DNA of 64,000 nt from the NCBI GenBank assembly GCA_963977015.1, contig CAXBMO010000005.1:256001-320000 (forward strand), read 5' to 3'. This DNA comes from an uncultured bacterium (GTDB lineage Bacteria; Verrucomicrobiota; Verrucomicrobiia; Verrucomicrobiales; DEV007). Positions within the stretch are counted from its first letter, which is position 1. Each line of letters starts with the position of its first letter. Below, one piece after another: positions 18,602-28,346 of this stretch. The notes beneath the pieces are model-generated. The model worked only from the letters and a program-made list of their open reading frames with translations. It made no database searches and was not told where the DNA came from. Position numbers and translations under genes: made by a program.

Positions 18602-19066
18602 GTGGAACTCGTTCGCTATAAACACGCCCAACTTTCGGCCCGCTTCCCCAAAGACTTTCGGTATTCCAAGTCGCACTACTGGATGTCGGATCAAGGCGAA
18701 GGAATCTGGCACGTTGGCTTCACCAAATTTGCCACGCGCATGCTCGGCGAACTGGTCGAAGCGGAATTCAAAGTCGAAATTGGCGCTCCCGTGGAACCGG
18801 GACAGGAGATCGGCTGGGTCGAAGGCTTCAAGGCCGCCAGTGACGTTTTTTGTGCCCTGAAGGGCGAGTTTCAGGGCATGAATCCCGCCCTCGCTGAAGA
18901 CGCCTGCATCATTCGCTCCAGCCCCTATGTCGATGGTTACCTTTACGCGGTTCGCGGCGAACCTGAGGAGTCGAGTCTGGACGTTCATGGTTACATCAAA
19001 CACCTCGACGGTCTGATCAACCTGATGCAGAACGATCCCAAATACGCCAACCAAGATCCCGAATGA
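18602..19066 (+). CDS. Glycine cleavage H-like (lipoyl-carrier) protein
   Basis: YSKSHYW, VGFTKFA, VEGFKAASD (lipoyl Lys), NPAL, PYVDGYL. Confidence 0.85.
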   Translation: MELVRYKHAQLSARFPKDFRYSKSHYWMSDQGEGIWHVGFTKFATRMLGELVEAEFKVEIGAPVEPGQEIGWVEGFKAASDVFCALKGEFQGMNPALAEDACIIRSSPYVDGYLYAVRGEPEESSLDVHGYIKHLDGLINLMQNDPKYANQDPE

Positions 19067-20172
19067 ACAAAGCTCGTTACCTCATGATTGGTGGCTTCCT
19101 CGGCGCAGGAAAAACCACCACCATTCAGAAATTCGCCCAGTGGCTCGACGCCAAAGGATTGAAAGTCGGGCTCATTACCAATGATCAGGGACAGGGGCTC
19201 GTCGATTCAGCTTTGGGACGTTCCAACAAGTTCGCCGTTGAAGAAATTTCCGGCGGATGCTTCTGCTGCCGCTTCAATTCGCTCATTGATGCGGCCCGAA
19301 ACCTGACCGAGGAGACACGACCTGACGTGTTTCTCGCCGAACCGGTGGGGAGTTGCACGGATCTGGTCGCCACAGTGAGCCTTCCCCTTCAGAAGATCTA
19401 TGGTGACGATTACCAGGTGGCCCCGTTGTCGGTCTTGGTCGACCCTGTTCGGGCCTTGCGCGTCCTCGGCCTGGAGCCGGGCAAGAAGTTCTCGGAAAAC
19501 GTCCGCTACATCTATCGCAAACAGCTGGAAGAGGCGGAGATGATCGTCATCAACAAGATCGACATCCTCGACGAAGAGCGACTGAAGACTTTACGCGAAG
19601 GGCTGAAAAAGGAATTTTCCGAGGCACAGATTTTCGAGCAATCCGCCCGCGATGAGATCAATCTGGAAACCTGGTTCAACGCAGCATCCGAAACCGAGAT
19701 GAACGTTCCCCGCTTTTTGGACATCGACTATCAGCGCTATGGCGATGGCGAAGCGCTGCTCGGTTGGCTCAACACCACTGTCGAGATCCGCAGCGACGAG
19801 GAATTCGACGGCAATCAGCTACTTCGCGATTTGGCGAATCAACTGCGCGAGTCGCTCGGGAAGGAAGGCGCGGAAGTCGCCCACCTCAAGATGACGCTGA
19901 CTCCACTTGGCGATCCGTTTGAAATCGCTGCGGTGAACATGGTGAGGGATGATCAATCTCCCGAGCTATCCCACCAACTGTTCGAGCCGCTGGAGGACGG
20001 CGAGTTGCTGCTGAACATGCGCGTTGAAACCTCTCCGGAGCTTTTGGAAAAAGCCTCCAACGACGCGCTGAACAGCGTCCTTTCCGGCTTCGACTTCAAG
20101 ATCACACATTCCGAGCATTTTCGGCCAGGCATGCCGGTCCCGACGCATCGATTTGCGGAAGAAACCGCCTAA
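19063..20172 (+). CDS. G3E/COG0523 (CobW-like) metallochaperone GTPase
   Basis: GGFLGAGKTT, ITND, GGCFCC, EPVGSC, INKID. Confidence 0.88.
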   Translation: MNKARYLMIGGFLGAGKTTTIQKFAQWLDAKGLKVGLITNDQGQGLVDSALGRSNKFAVEEISGGCFCCRFNSLIDAARNLTEETRPDVFLAEPVGSCTDLVATVSLPLQKIYGDDYQVAPLSVLVDPVRALRVLGLEPGKKFSENVRYIYRKQLEEAEMIVINKIDILDEERLKTLREGLKKEFSEAQIFEQSARDEINLETWFNAASETEMNVPRFLDIDYQRYGDGEALLGWLNTTVEIRSDEEFDGNQLLRDLANQLRESLGKEGAEVAHLKMTLTPLGDPFEIAAVNMVRDDQSPELSHQLFEPLEDGELLLNMRVETSPELLEKASNDALNSVLSGFDFKITHSEHFRPGMPVPTHRFAEETA

Positions 20173-20179
20173 CGCCCCC

Positions 20180-22729
20180 TCATTCGCCGCGGACGGCTTC
20201 GCTCACTTCAATCTTCGCTGCGCCCGAAGCCGGAATGAAGCCGGCGAGAATGGCCACGGGAACAACCCAGAGCGGCGTCGCCCAGACTTCCGCCCAGGGA
20301 ACGTGAAGCTGAATCGTCCAGCCAAAGAACGATTTGTTCACAACCAGAGTCAGGATCAGCGCCATCCCAAGACCGCAGGCAATCCCAATCAGGCTACCGA
20401 ACAGTCCTGTGAACCCGGCCTCCACCAAATAAACCGTTCGCACCTGAGCTCGACTCGCTCCAATGGCGCGAAAGATGCCGATATCCCGGGTACGCTCCAT
20501 CACCAGCGTTGCCAGGGAAAGACTGACGCCAAAAACGGCCACCAGAATCGCGATCGAGCGCAAGACATAAGTTATCGCGAACGTTTGATCAAAAACCTCG
20601 AAGATGCGTTCGCGAATGGTTTGATTGCTGTAGATCGCCAACTCTTCATTCGCACTGAATCGTTCGCGAAGTTCCCGGTTCAACTCTTCCGCAAAATTCG
20701 GGTCCTTGAGAAAAACGGAAAAGGAATGAATGCGATCATCGCCCCAATGCCTCTTATATTCCTCCCTTGTCAGAACGAGTTTTCCACGATCGTCCGAGTA
20801 ATCATAGTAGACACCGGCGATCGTAAATTCCCGTTTCCCAGACGGAGTGGGAATGGAAACCCGACTTCCTTCTTTCAGCTCCAGTTTCCGTGCGAGGGAT
20901 TCCGTTGCCAGCGCGTAACCAGGAAGCTGAAATGTCTCAACCTTGCGATCTGCTTCCCCATCAAGAAACCGGAGAGTTTTGCGGGCCGGATTGCCAACGG
21001 CTCCCAAGATGAAGTGCGTTCCATCCTGCAAATGGATGACCGACTGACGATACGTCTCGATCGAGGCCACCTCTGGAAGCGCTTCCAGATAATCGACGAT
21101 TTCTCCAGGTAGAAACCCCTGAAATCCGATCACCTGACTCGAGGCGGGGGTGACGTAAACATCTGCCTTCATCACCTGATTGATCCAAAGGTCGATTGTA
21201 TTGCGAAACGAGGAGACCATGACGGTAACGCCAATGGTCATAGAAACCGCCATCATCAGCGCAGCGACCGTCACCGCAGAGCGATGAAGCGAACGCCCCA
21301 AATTGTCGCTCGCAAGCCGGACAAGCATCGCAGTTTGGCTTTGTCCCTGATTCCAACGAGAGGCCCAATACACCAACCATCGGCAGACCCACGGAGTCGC
21401 GAGGGAAGCACCGGTCGCGAGCGCCAAACAAGCGAGAAAACTCATCCATGCCGGCCCCGTCGTCAGTGCTTTCCACGAAAAAAAGACGGAAAGGAGAAGC
21501 GCAGCGAGCCCAAACGTGAGGAGCCTTCCAACGGGAAGATCCTTTGCCTCAACCGCGCGATTGGGTCGCAGCGCACTCAAGGGGGGGACGCGGGAAGCCT
21601 CCAGCGCGGGAAGATATGCCCCGATCAACGTTGCTCCGATTCCATAGACCATTGCAACGAACACATCGCGACTCGCAACCGTAATCTGCGTCGCATTGAC
21701 CAGAATGTAATGAGACGAAATCGTCTGACTAACATCGCCAATCAACAAACTTGCGAGCAGAGCCCCGAGCGGAATCCCAAGAACAACACCGGGAATGCCG
21801 AGCAGCAATCCCTCCGCCAGGAACGCTCCCATCACTTGACGCTGCGTCGCCCCGGTTGATCGCAAAATCCCAATTTCCCTTCTGCGCCGCACGACGGAAG
21901 CCGAAACCGAATTGTAGATCAGAAAGACACCAACCAGGATCGAAACCATACTCAGGGCCGTGATATTGAGTTGGAACCCGTCCAGCATTCGTTGCACCTG
22001 TTGGCTTCGTTGCTCCGGAGCCTGAACTACAGCATCTTCCGGAAGCAGGCTGGCGAGCGACTCACTCGCTTCCTCCATTCTCGACGGATCGTGCAGGAGA
22101 ATCTGAATGGAGGTCAACCGGCCTTGATTTCCGTAGAGTTCCTGGAGCCAACCGATATCCATTACCGCCATGGAGCTCGAACCGACGCCTTCCGGCAGCA
22201 CCCCCGCGATCGTCAACTCGACCGTTCTCCCATCAATATCAGCAACCATTGATGAACCCGGTTGAACGCCAACATTCTCGACCAACTCGGGATGAGCAAT
22301 CACCAACCCCGGACGCGACAACCAGGTTTCGAGATCAAACCCCTCTGCCATCTGCGCGAGCGCTCCGACTGTTTCAAACTCCGAATTCGTAAACGGATCT
22401 GTTCCCAGAAGGTGGATGTAACCGCCAGGAATGGAAGGAGTCGTGGCATAGCCTTCCAGCACGGGGGTCGAAGCCTGCACGGCCGGATGATTCGCAACTC
22501 GTTCGATCCACGTTTCCGGGATCCATTCACTAGCGCCGCGAACCTCAAGGTGACTCTTCCCTGCGATTAAGTCGATGCTCGATCGGAACGCCTGATTCGC
22601 ACTATGATTGGCAGTTTGAATCGCCAGATACACCGCGACTCCAACCGCAACGCTCAACACATCCAGAACGGCAATGAGTTTGTGTCGAGCGAGGTATCGG
22701 AGAACGATCTGATGGAGAAGATGAAGCAT
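20180..22729 (-). CDS. FtsX/MacB-like ABC permease (duplicated domains)
   Basis: Two MacB-PCD/FtsX halves (RRREIGILRSTGA; ERTRDIGIFRAIGA). Confidence 0.9.
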   Translation of the reverse strand: MLHLLHQIVLRYLARHKLIAVLDVLSVAVGVAVYLAIQTANHSANQAFRSSIDLIAGKSHLEVRGASEWIPETWIERVANHPAVQASTPVLEGYATTPSIPGGYIHLLGTDPFTNSEFETVGALAQMAEGFDLETWLSRPGLVIAHPELVENVGVQPGSSMVADIDGRTVELTIAGVLPEGVGSSSMAVMDIGWLQELYGNQGRLTSIQILLHDPSRMEEASESLASLLPEDAVVQAPEQRSQQVQRMLDGFQLNITALSMVSILVGVFLIYNSVSASVVRRRREIGILRSTGATQRQVMGAFLAEGLLLGIPGVVLGIPLGALLASLLIGDVSQTISSHYILVNATQITVASRDVFVAMVYGIGATLIGAYLPALEASRVPPLSALRPNRAVEAKDLPVGRLLTFGLAALLLSVFFSWKALTTGPAWMSFLACLALATGASLATPWVCRWLVYWASRWNQGQSQTAMLVRLASDNLGRSLHRSAVTVAALMMAVSMTIGVTVMVSSFRNTIDLWINQVMKADVYVTPASSQVIGFQGFLPGEIVDYLEALPEVASIETYRQSVIHLQDGTHFILGAVGNPARKTLRFLDGEADRKVETFQLPGYALATESLARKLELKEGSRVSIPTPSGKREFTIAGVYYDYSDDRGKLVLTREEYKRHWGDDRIHSFSVFLKDPNFAEELNRELRERFSANEELAIYSNQTIRERIFEVFDQTFAITYVLRSIAILVAVFGVSLSLATLVMERTRDIGIFRAIGASRAQVRTVYLVEAGFTGLFGSLIGIACGLGMALILTLVVNKSFFGWTIQLHVPWAEVWATPLWVVPVAILAGFIPASGAAKIEVSEAVRGE

Positions 22730-22773
22730 CGCCTTTTCGTTTTAGCTACGCTTCACCTCGTCACCCGGTTGGG

Positions 22774-25551
22774 TCAGATCCCAACCGCTTTTTCCACGTT
22801 CCGCTGAAGCGCAGCCAGCAGGATGGGATCGAAAATCCGCTTCCCGGCTCCATCAGTCAGGTAAAACGTGTCGATCGCAGCCCCTTTTTCGGTGCAAATT
22901 CTGGAGTGATCAATTTCCACCCCCAGATTTCCGATGGCGTAGAACACATCAAACAATAGCCCCAACCGGTCCAATGCCTGAACCTCCATCACCGTGTGTT
23001 TGGAATTCATACCCTCCGGAATAATGGTCACCCGCGTTGGAAAATTGACGACAAGTTCGTCCCCTGCCCCATCGGGTGCGGGAATCATCTTGGCGACGTT
23101 TTCAACCTTCTCTGAAGTGTCCATCATCTTCTTGATCAACGTCTCCACATTGGATTGCATTCGCTCGGAACGAACCGGCTTCAAATCCGTGGTACAGACT
23201 CGGAAGGTGTCGAGCACGAGGTTGTCTTTCCGGGTAAAGATGTCTGCACTGAGAATGTTGATCCCTTTTGCAGCCAACGCCCCGGCCACTTTCATCAACA
23301 AGTGTTTGCGATCCCAGCACACAATTTCGAGCCGGGTAAATCCTCGGTCAGGGTAGTGAATCCAATTGATCGCTGGATGAAGGCTCTCCTGCCCATCGGC
23401 ATGATAGAGGTGCTCTGTATACCAGCGAAACAGCTTCACATGCTGTACGATATCCGTAACCTCCCGGAAGAGAAAATAACGCTCCGGCATGAGCTCGAAA
23501 AGAGCATTCAGTTCCTCGGAGTATTCCTTCTTCATCCGCTTCTCGACCTCCTTCTTAAGCTCCACCTTGGCGTCCTCGATTCGCCGGGCAAACGCCTTCT
23601 GATCCTCCAGAAACGAACAGGTAGCCCGATAGAGCTGCATCATCAGCATCTCTTTCCATTGATTCCAAGCTTCTTCATTGGTGCCATTGGAATCGGCAAA
23701 CGTCATGAGGAGAAGCGTCTCCATATACTGACGATTCCCCATGATCCCGGCAAACTCCGCAATCACTTCCGGATCTTCGATATTCCGTGTCGTCGCGGTT
23801 TTCCAGAACGTCAGATGGTTGTCCACCAGGAAAATCAAAAGCCGACGGCGTTCCCCTCGAATATTGAGCCGTTTGCAGACATCGCTCGCCATCTCCGTAC
23901 TTGCGTCCGTGTGAAAGCGCTTGTTTTCAGCACGACCGGCATCGTGAAAAATCAAGGCAATGTAGAGAACAGCCGGGTCCTCCAATTCATGGAACAACTT
24001 TTGAAAAAACTTGGTTTTCGGATCGCTCGAATCACTCAGGGAATCGAGGACATCGATACACTTCAAGGTGTGCTCATCCGCGGTAAAGCGGTGAAAGAAC
24101 TCGTGCTGAACCAGACAATCCAGTTCCCCAAACTCCGGCAGGTACTTCCCCAGAAATCCAACGCGATGCATTTGGCGGAGTATCCTCGCGACTTCTCCTT
24201 TCCGGCTGAGGATCGACTCAAACGTATCGTTGACGGCCCGGTTCCTTTGAAAACGCCAATCAACCAGGTTGTAACAATTCTTAAACAGGCGACGAATTGA
24301 GGGGCTCAATTCTAGATGACGAAGCTGGGTTTGTTGAAACACCTTCATCATCTGAGTCGGGTCGTCTCGAAAGACGTTCTTATCTTTCGGGAAGATGAGT
24401 CCATCCCGGCTGACAAAGGATCCCAGGTCTTCCTGACTCGAATTTCTCCTCGCCAGGAAACTCATCAACCCGGGTTCCTCTTCCTTTTCCGCCAGGCGGA
24501 ACGTCTGCATGAGCGAGGTGCTATGCATATAAATTGCCCGCGTATGACGATAGTAATCCCGCATGAACGCTTCGATTCGTCGAAGGATCTTCGGTTGGGG
24601 ATAGCAGAGATTGGTGGCCACAACCCCTTGCAGTCTCAGCGTCAGGTTGTCGGTAATCGATCGCTCAGAATAATGCAGCTCATTGCGGACGCGCATCAAA
24701 AACTCATGAGCCCGCGTCATTGCCTGATAGGCTGATTTGGAAAGGATTTTCTCATCTCGCAAATACTTCAAATCATTCCGCCCAAACTTCACCTGGAGGA
24801 CCCAGATGATATTCTGATAGTCACGCAGGCCACCGCAGCCCTCTTTGATGTTCGGCTCCTGAACATAGACCGTGCTGTGATACTTTTCGTGCCTCCGCTT
24901 AAACTCAATTTGTCGCGTTTTGAGGTACTCGTTTTCCTTCCCGACAATGCAGTCCTTGTGAAAACGCTCTGCAAAGTCGTCGTACAAAGACTGGTCCCCG
25001 GTGATGAAGCGCATGTCCAACATCGCCGTTTTGGTCGCATGATCACCATTCGCGACTTTGACCGATTCACGAATCGAACGAACGGCATGTCCCACCTTAA
25101 ACCCAACATCCCAAAGCATCTGCAGGATGGCTTCGACCATCCCTTCCGTATCATCGGCCAGTTTGGTGGTGTCATCGGGACAGAGGAATAAGAGATCGAC
25201 ATCACTACCGACGTTCAACGCTCCACGACCAAACCCACCAAAGGCAACCAACGTAACCGGATGCGAACTCTTCTTCCGGGCGCGCGAGGGCTTGGGGTCC
25301 GCATCGACCGATTCGATTGCATCCGCAAAAAATTGTCGCAACACATGGTCCAGCAAATCAGCTCGCTTCTTGGCAAATTCCAGGCCCCCCAATCCGTTGC
25401 GGTGTTGAACCTTCAGCCGGTAGTTTTCATACTTGAGATAGCGCCTGTAGAGCTGAATCTGATCCAGCTTGGACAAAGCACTTCGCCGTTCCGCCTTGAG
25501 TTCAGCCGGATTTCGGAAATTTTGTTTGTGTGACGAAGGGGTTTCTGCCAT
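22774..25551 (-). CDS. glnD: [Protein-PII] uridylyltransferase
   Basis: GGFGRG..SDVDLL, EPNIKEGCGGLRD, HRFTADEH, HD domain, two ACT domains (DRKHLL; DRLGLL). Confidence 0.96.
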   Translation of the reverse strand: MAETPSSHKQNFRNPAELKAERRSALSKLDQIQLYRRYLKYENYRLKVQHRNGLGGLEFAKKRADLLDHVLRQFFADAIESVDADPKPSRARKKSSHPVTLVAFGGFGRGALNVGSDVDLLFLCPDDTTKLADDTEGMVEAILQMLWDVGFKVGHAVRSIRESVKVANGDHATKTAMLDMRFITGDQSLYDDFAERFHKDCIVGKENEYLKTRQIEFKRRHEKYHSTVYVQEPNIKEGCGGLRDYQNIIWVLQVKFGRNDLKYLRDEKILSKSAYQAMTRAHEFLMRVRNELHYSERSITDNLTLRLQGVVATNLCYPQPKILRRIEAFMRDYYRHTRAIYMHSTSLMQTFRLAEKEEEPGLMSFLARRNSSQEDLGSFVSRDGLIFPKDKNVFRDDPTQMMKVFQQTQLRHLELSPSIRRLFKNCYNLVDWRFQRNRAVNDTFESILSRKGEVARILRQMHRVGFLGKYLPEFGELDCLVQHEFFHRFTADEHTLKCIDVLDSLSDSSDPKTKFFQKLFHELEDPAVLYIALIFHDAGRAENKRFHTDASTEMASDVCKRLNIRGERRRLLIFLVDNHLTFWKTATTRNIEDPEVIAEFAGIMGNRQYMETLLLMTFADSNGTNEEAWNQWKEMLMMQLYRATCSFLEDQKAFARRIEDAKVELKKEVEKRMKKEYSEELNALFELMPERYFLFREVTDIVQHVKLFRWYTEHLYHADGQESLHPAINWIHYPDRGFTRLEIVCWDRKHLLMKVAGALAAKGINILSADIFTRKDNLVLDTFRVCTTDLKPVRSERMQSNVETLIKKMMDTSEKVENVAKMIPAPDGAGDELVVNFPTRVTIIPEGMNSKHTVMEVQALDRLGLLFDVFYAIGNLGVEIDHSRICTEKGAAIDTFYLTDGAGKRIFDPILLAALQRNVEKAVGI

Positions 25552-25576
25552 TGGCCAAGATCGTAATGTGGTTTTT

Positions 25577-26635
25577 ATGTCGCGACAAATTTCAACTTAC
25601 TTCGTAGCCGCTGCGATTTCGGTGGCGTCCCTCTTCACCTGCATTGCGCAAGAATCGGAGACAGACACCGTAACACGAATTGCTTTTGGCTCCTGTTGTC
25701 ACCAGAGCCGAAGTCAAGCCATCTGGCCGTCGATTACCAAACTCCATCCGCAGGTCTTCCTTTTCATGGGCGACAATATCTATGGAGACACGGAAAGAAT
25801 GGATGTGCTTCGGCAAAAATACCAGCAGCTTTTGACGGAGCCGGGCTATCAGGACCTTCAGGCTTCCGGCTGCCGAATCCTGGCGACTTGGGACGATCAC
25901 GATTATGGCAAAAACGACGCGGGTGTGGAATATACGATGAAAAAGGAATCCCAGAGCATCTTTTTGGAAACTTTTGCGGTGGCGCCAACGCGCTCCCCTT
26001 GGTCTCGCCCCGGGATCTACGATTCCTACACCTTGGGGAGCGAGGGAAAATCCCTTCAGGTCATCCTTCTCGATACCCGTTACTTCCGAAGCGAGTTGCT
26101 TCGAAAAAAGACGTTTGAGAAAGGATCGTATCGGGGGCGCTATGCCGAAAACACCAGGGATGGCGCGACTGTCCTGGGGGCAGAGCAATGGGCTTGGCTC
26201 GAGCGGGAGCTGCAAAAACCGGCCGATCTTCGTGTCATCGTTTCCAGCATCCAGGTTCTGGCAATTGATCACTTCTGGGAGCGGTGGCAGAACTACCCGA
26301 ATGAGAGGACCAGATTTCTCAACCTCCTCAAAAAGACCGACGCCAAAAACACGATTCTATTGAGCGGAGATCGTCATCTCGCGGAAATCATGAAGATGCC
26401 CGCCTCCGATCCACAGAGTCCCGGCTTTCCCGTCTTCGAGATTACGTCCAGCGGGCTCAATCAGACGTTTGATCGAGGCGGCGACGAACCCAATCGCTAC
26501 CGGCTTGGAAACAACTTCACCGGGGCGAATTTCGGATTCCTCAGCATTGATTGGAAAGCGAGATTGGCAGAAGCGGAGATTCGGGATGTGAACGGAAAAG
26601 TTGTCCGGACGGTACCGATCCGTTTTCCCCAGTAA
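25577..26635 (+). CDS. phoD: Alkaline phosphatase D family protein
   Basis: IAFGSC, MGDNIYGD, WDDHDYG, LDTRYFR, LSGDRH, EITSSG. Confidence 0.9.
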   Translation: MSRQISTYFVAAAISVASLFTCIAQESETDTVTRIAFGSCCHQSRSQAIWPSITKLHPQVFLFMGDNIYGDTERMDVLRQKYQQLLTEPGYQDLQASGCRILATWDDHDYGKNDAGVEYTMKKESQSIFLETFAVAPTRSPWSRPGIYDSYTLGSEGKSLQVILLDTRYFRSELLRKKTFEKGSYRGRYAENTRDGATVLGAEQWAWLERELQKPADLRVIVSSIQVLAIDHFWERWQNYPNERTRFLNLLKKTDAKNTILLSGDRHLAEIMKMPASDPQSPGFPVFEITSSGLNQTFDRGGDEPNRYRLGNNFTGANFGFLSIDWKARLAEAEIRDVNGKVVRTVPIRFPQ

Positions 26636-26735
26636 TTGGGCCGTTTGGGAATGAACAATCAGGCACTTTTTCTTTGCGCTGTCGTCCTTCTTGGTGTGAT
26701 GCTAGCGACCCCTGAATCATCCAGACAACCCCGAA

Positions 26736-27635
26736 ATGAGCAAAAAAATTGGATTCGTTGGCGTTGGGCGCATGGGCGCAAACATGGCCCGCCACCTCAA
26801 AGACGTTGGTTACAAAGTATCCGCCGTTTACGACATCAACCGCGAGGCCGCCTCAAGCTTGGCGGATGAACTTGGAGCAACCGCCTACGAAGCGTTGCCT
26901 GACGTGACCGCCAACTCTGACGTCATCATTACCGTGGTGACCAATGATGCCGCCATGCGGGCGATTTTCCTCGAAGGCGATGCCACACTCCTTTCGGGAG
27001 CGAGCGGCAAAACCTTTATCAACTGCGCAACCCTTTCGCCCGCGATTCACCGCGAAATTTCCGCTGCAGCCAGCGAAGTTGGAGCCAAAACCCTGGAGGG
27101 TTGCATGGCCAGCAGCATCAGCCACGCCCGGGAAGGCAAGCTTTACCTGATGGTCGCTGGTGACCAGGACGCGTTTGAAGCAAACAAGCAACTGCTCGAT
27201 GACCTGAGTGTGAACATGCGCTTCGTCGAAGGCGGGCCCGGACGGGCTGCGGAAGTGAAGGCGTTGGTGAACATGGTGATGAACATCAACACCGCAGGCT
27301 TGGCGGAAGGTCTGGGCTTGGCCAAAGCGTTGGGACATGATTTAAACATGATCTGCGAAGTTTTCAGCCAGACGGGAGCGAACTCCCGGGTGTTGGAAAC
27401 AGACGCCGAAGACATGATTGCCCGCGACCACGAATGCTGGTTCTCCGCCGATCATGCGGCGAAGGATTCCGGGATCGCCGGTGACATTGCCAAGGGACTG
27501 GGGCTCAACCTGCCTCTCAACGAAACCACCCAAGCTCAGTACGCAAAAATGACCGCGGAAGGCCTTGGGGAATTGGACAAGTCTGGAATCGCCGAAATGA
27601 CGTTCCCCGGTCGGCATTCCCATCCCAATCTTTAA
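26736..27635 (+). CDS. NAD(P)-dependent oxidoreductase, 3-hydroxyisobutyrate dehydrogenase family
   Basis: GFVGVGRMGANMA Rossmann motif, KALVN, KD motif. Confidence 0.88.
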   Translation: MSKKIGFVGVGRMGANMARHLKDVGYKVSAVYDINREAASSLADELGATAYEALPDVTANSDVIITVVTNDAAMRAIFLEGDATLLSGASGKTFINCATLSPAIHREISAAASEVGAKTLEGCMASSISHAREGKLYLMVAGDQDAFEANKQLLDDLSVNMRFVEGGPGRAAEVKALVNMVMNINTAGLAEGLGLAKALGHDLNMICEVFSQTGANSRVLETDAEDMIARDHECWFSADHAAKDSGIAGDIAKGLGLNLPLNETTQAQYAKMTAEGLGELDKSGIAEMTFPGRHSHPNL

Positions 27636-27661
27636 CCAAAAAAACCTAACACTCCAAACTA

Positions 27662-28099
27662 ATGAGCAAAATCGTACCCACCATCAGTTCCGGCACCGCT
27701 GGCCCCCTCGGCGCGTTGCACCTTCCCCGTTTCTGGCAGAAAGTTTCTCTGGAAGCCGCTGGCAAACTTCATGCTGATTACCCGGCATGCGGAGCAGGCT
27801 ATGACCAGATGACTCTGGATGCCCTGGGACTCGATAAGGACGCCACTCTTGCCTACATCAAAGAGAACAAGCCCAGCTACACCGCGTTTGAAGCCTGGGT
27901 GAAGGAAAATGCGACCAATCTCGGCAACATCGCAGAGCACAACGCAGCCATCACCGGCTACAATCACGAGGATGCAACTCGCGCAGAAATTTTCGCAGCG
28001 ACCAACCTGACGGACGAAACCTGCTCGTTTCGCGATGCCGTGAATCTCAACAACCTTGACGACTGGGCCATCTTCCACGCGGAAGAAATCGCGGGATAA
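27662..28099 (+). CDS. DUF5069 family protein
   Basis: GPLGALHLPRFWQK...GKLHADY..CG.GYD...LNNLDDW. Confidence 0.7.
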   Translation: MSKIVPTISSGTAGPLGALHLPRFWQKVSLEAAGKLHADYPACGAGYDQMTLDALGLDKDATLAYIKENKPSYTAFEAWVKENATNLGNIAEHNAAITGYNHEDATRAEIFAATNLTDETCSFRDAVNLNNLDDWAIFHAEEIAG

Positions 28100-28123
28100 G
28101 TCCTCACCGGCTCCATTCTTTTC

Positions 28124-28159
28124 AAGCTCGATGCGTCACCTGGCGCTTCGGGCTTTTTT
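28124..28159 (+). terminator. Intrinsic terminator
   Basis: AAGCTCGATGCGTCA/TGGCGCTTCGGGCTT stem followed by a T-tract. Confidence 0.65.
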
Positions 28160-28307
28160 GGGCTCTCAAGCCAAGCTGAATCCCCCTGATTTTGTGAACG
28201 CCGAAGCCGATTCCCGGGCTTTTCGAAAATCTTCCGGTTGAAATCGAGATCGCCTTCCCTAGCATTACCACGACAACAGACTGTAGTTGTTTGTTTTCAT
28301 GGTTCTA

Positions 28308-28333
28308 GACCCGGTCGCGAAGGCGGCCGGGTC
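28308..28333. terminator. Strong hairpin just downstream of oppF (terminator or stabiliser)
   Basis: GACCCGGTCGC-GAAG-GCGGCCGGGTC. Confidence 0.5.
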
Positions 28334-28346
28334 ATTCCATTTTCCC

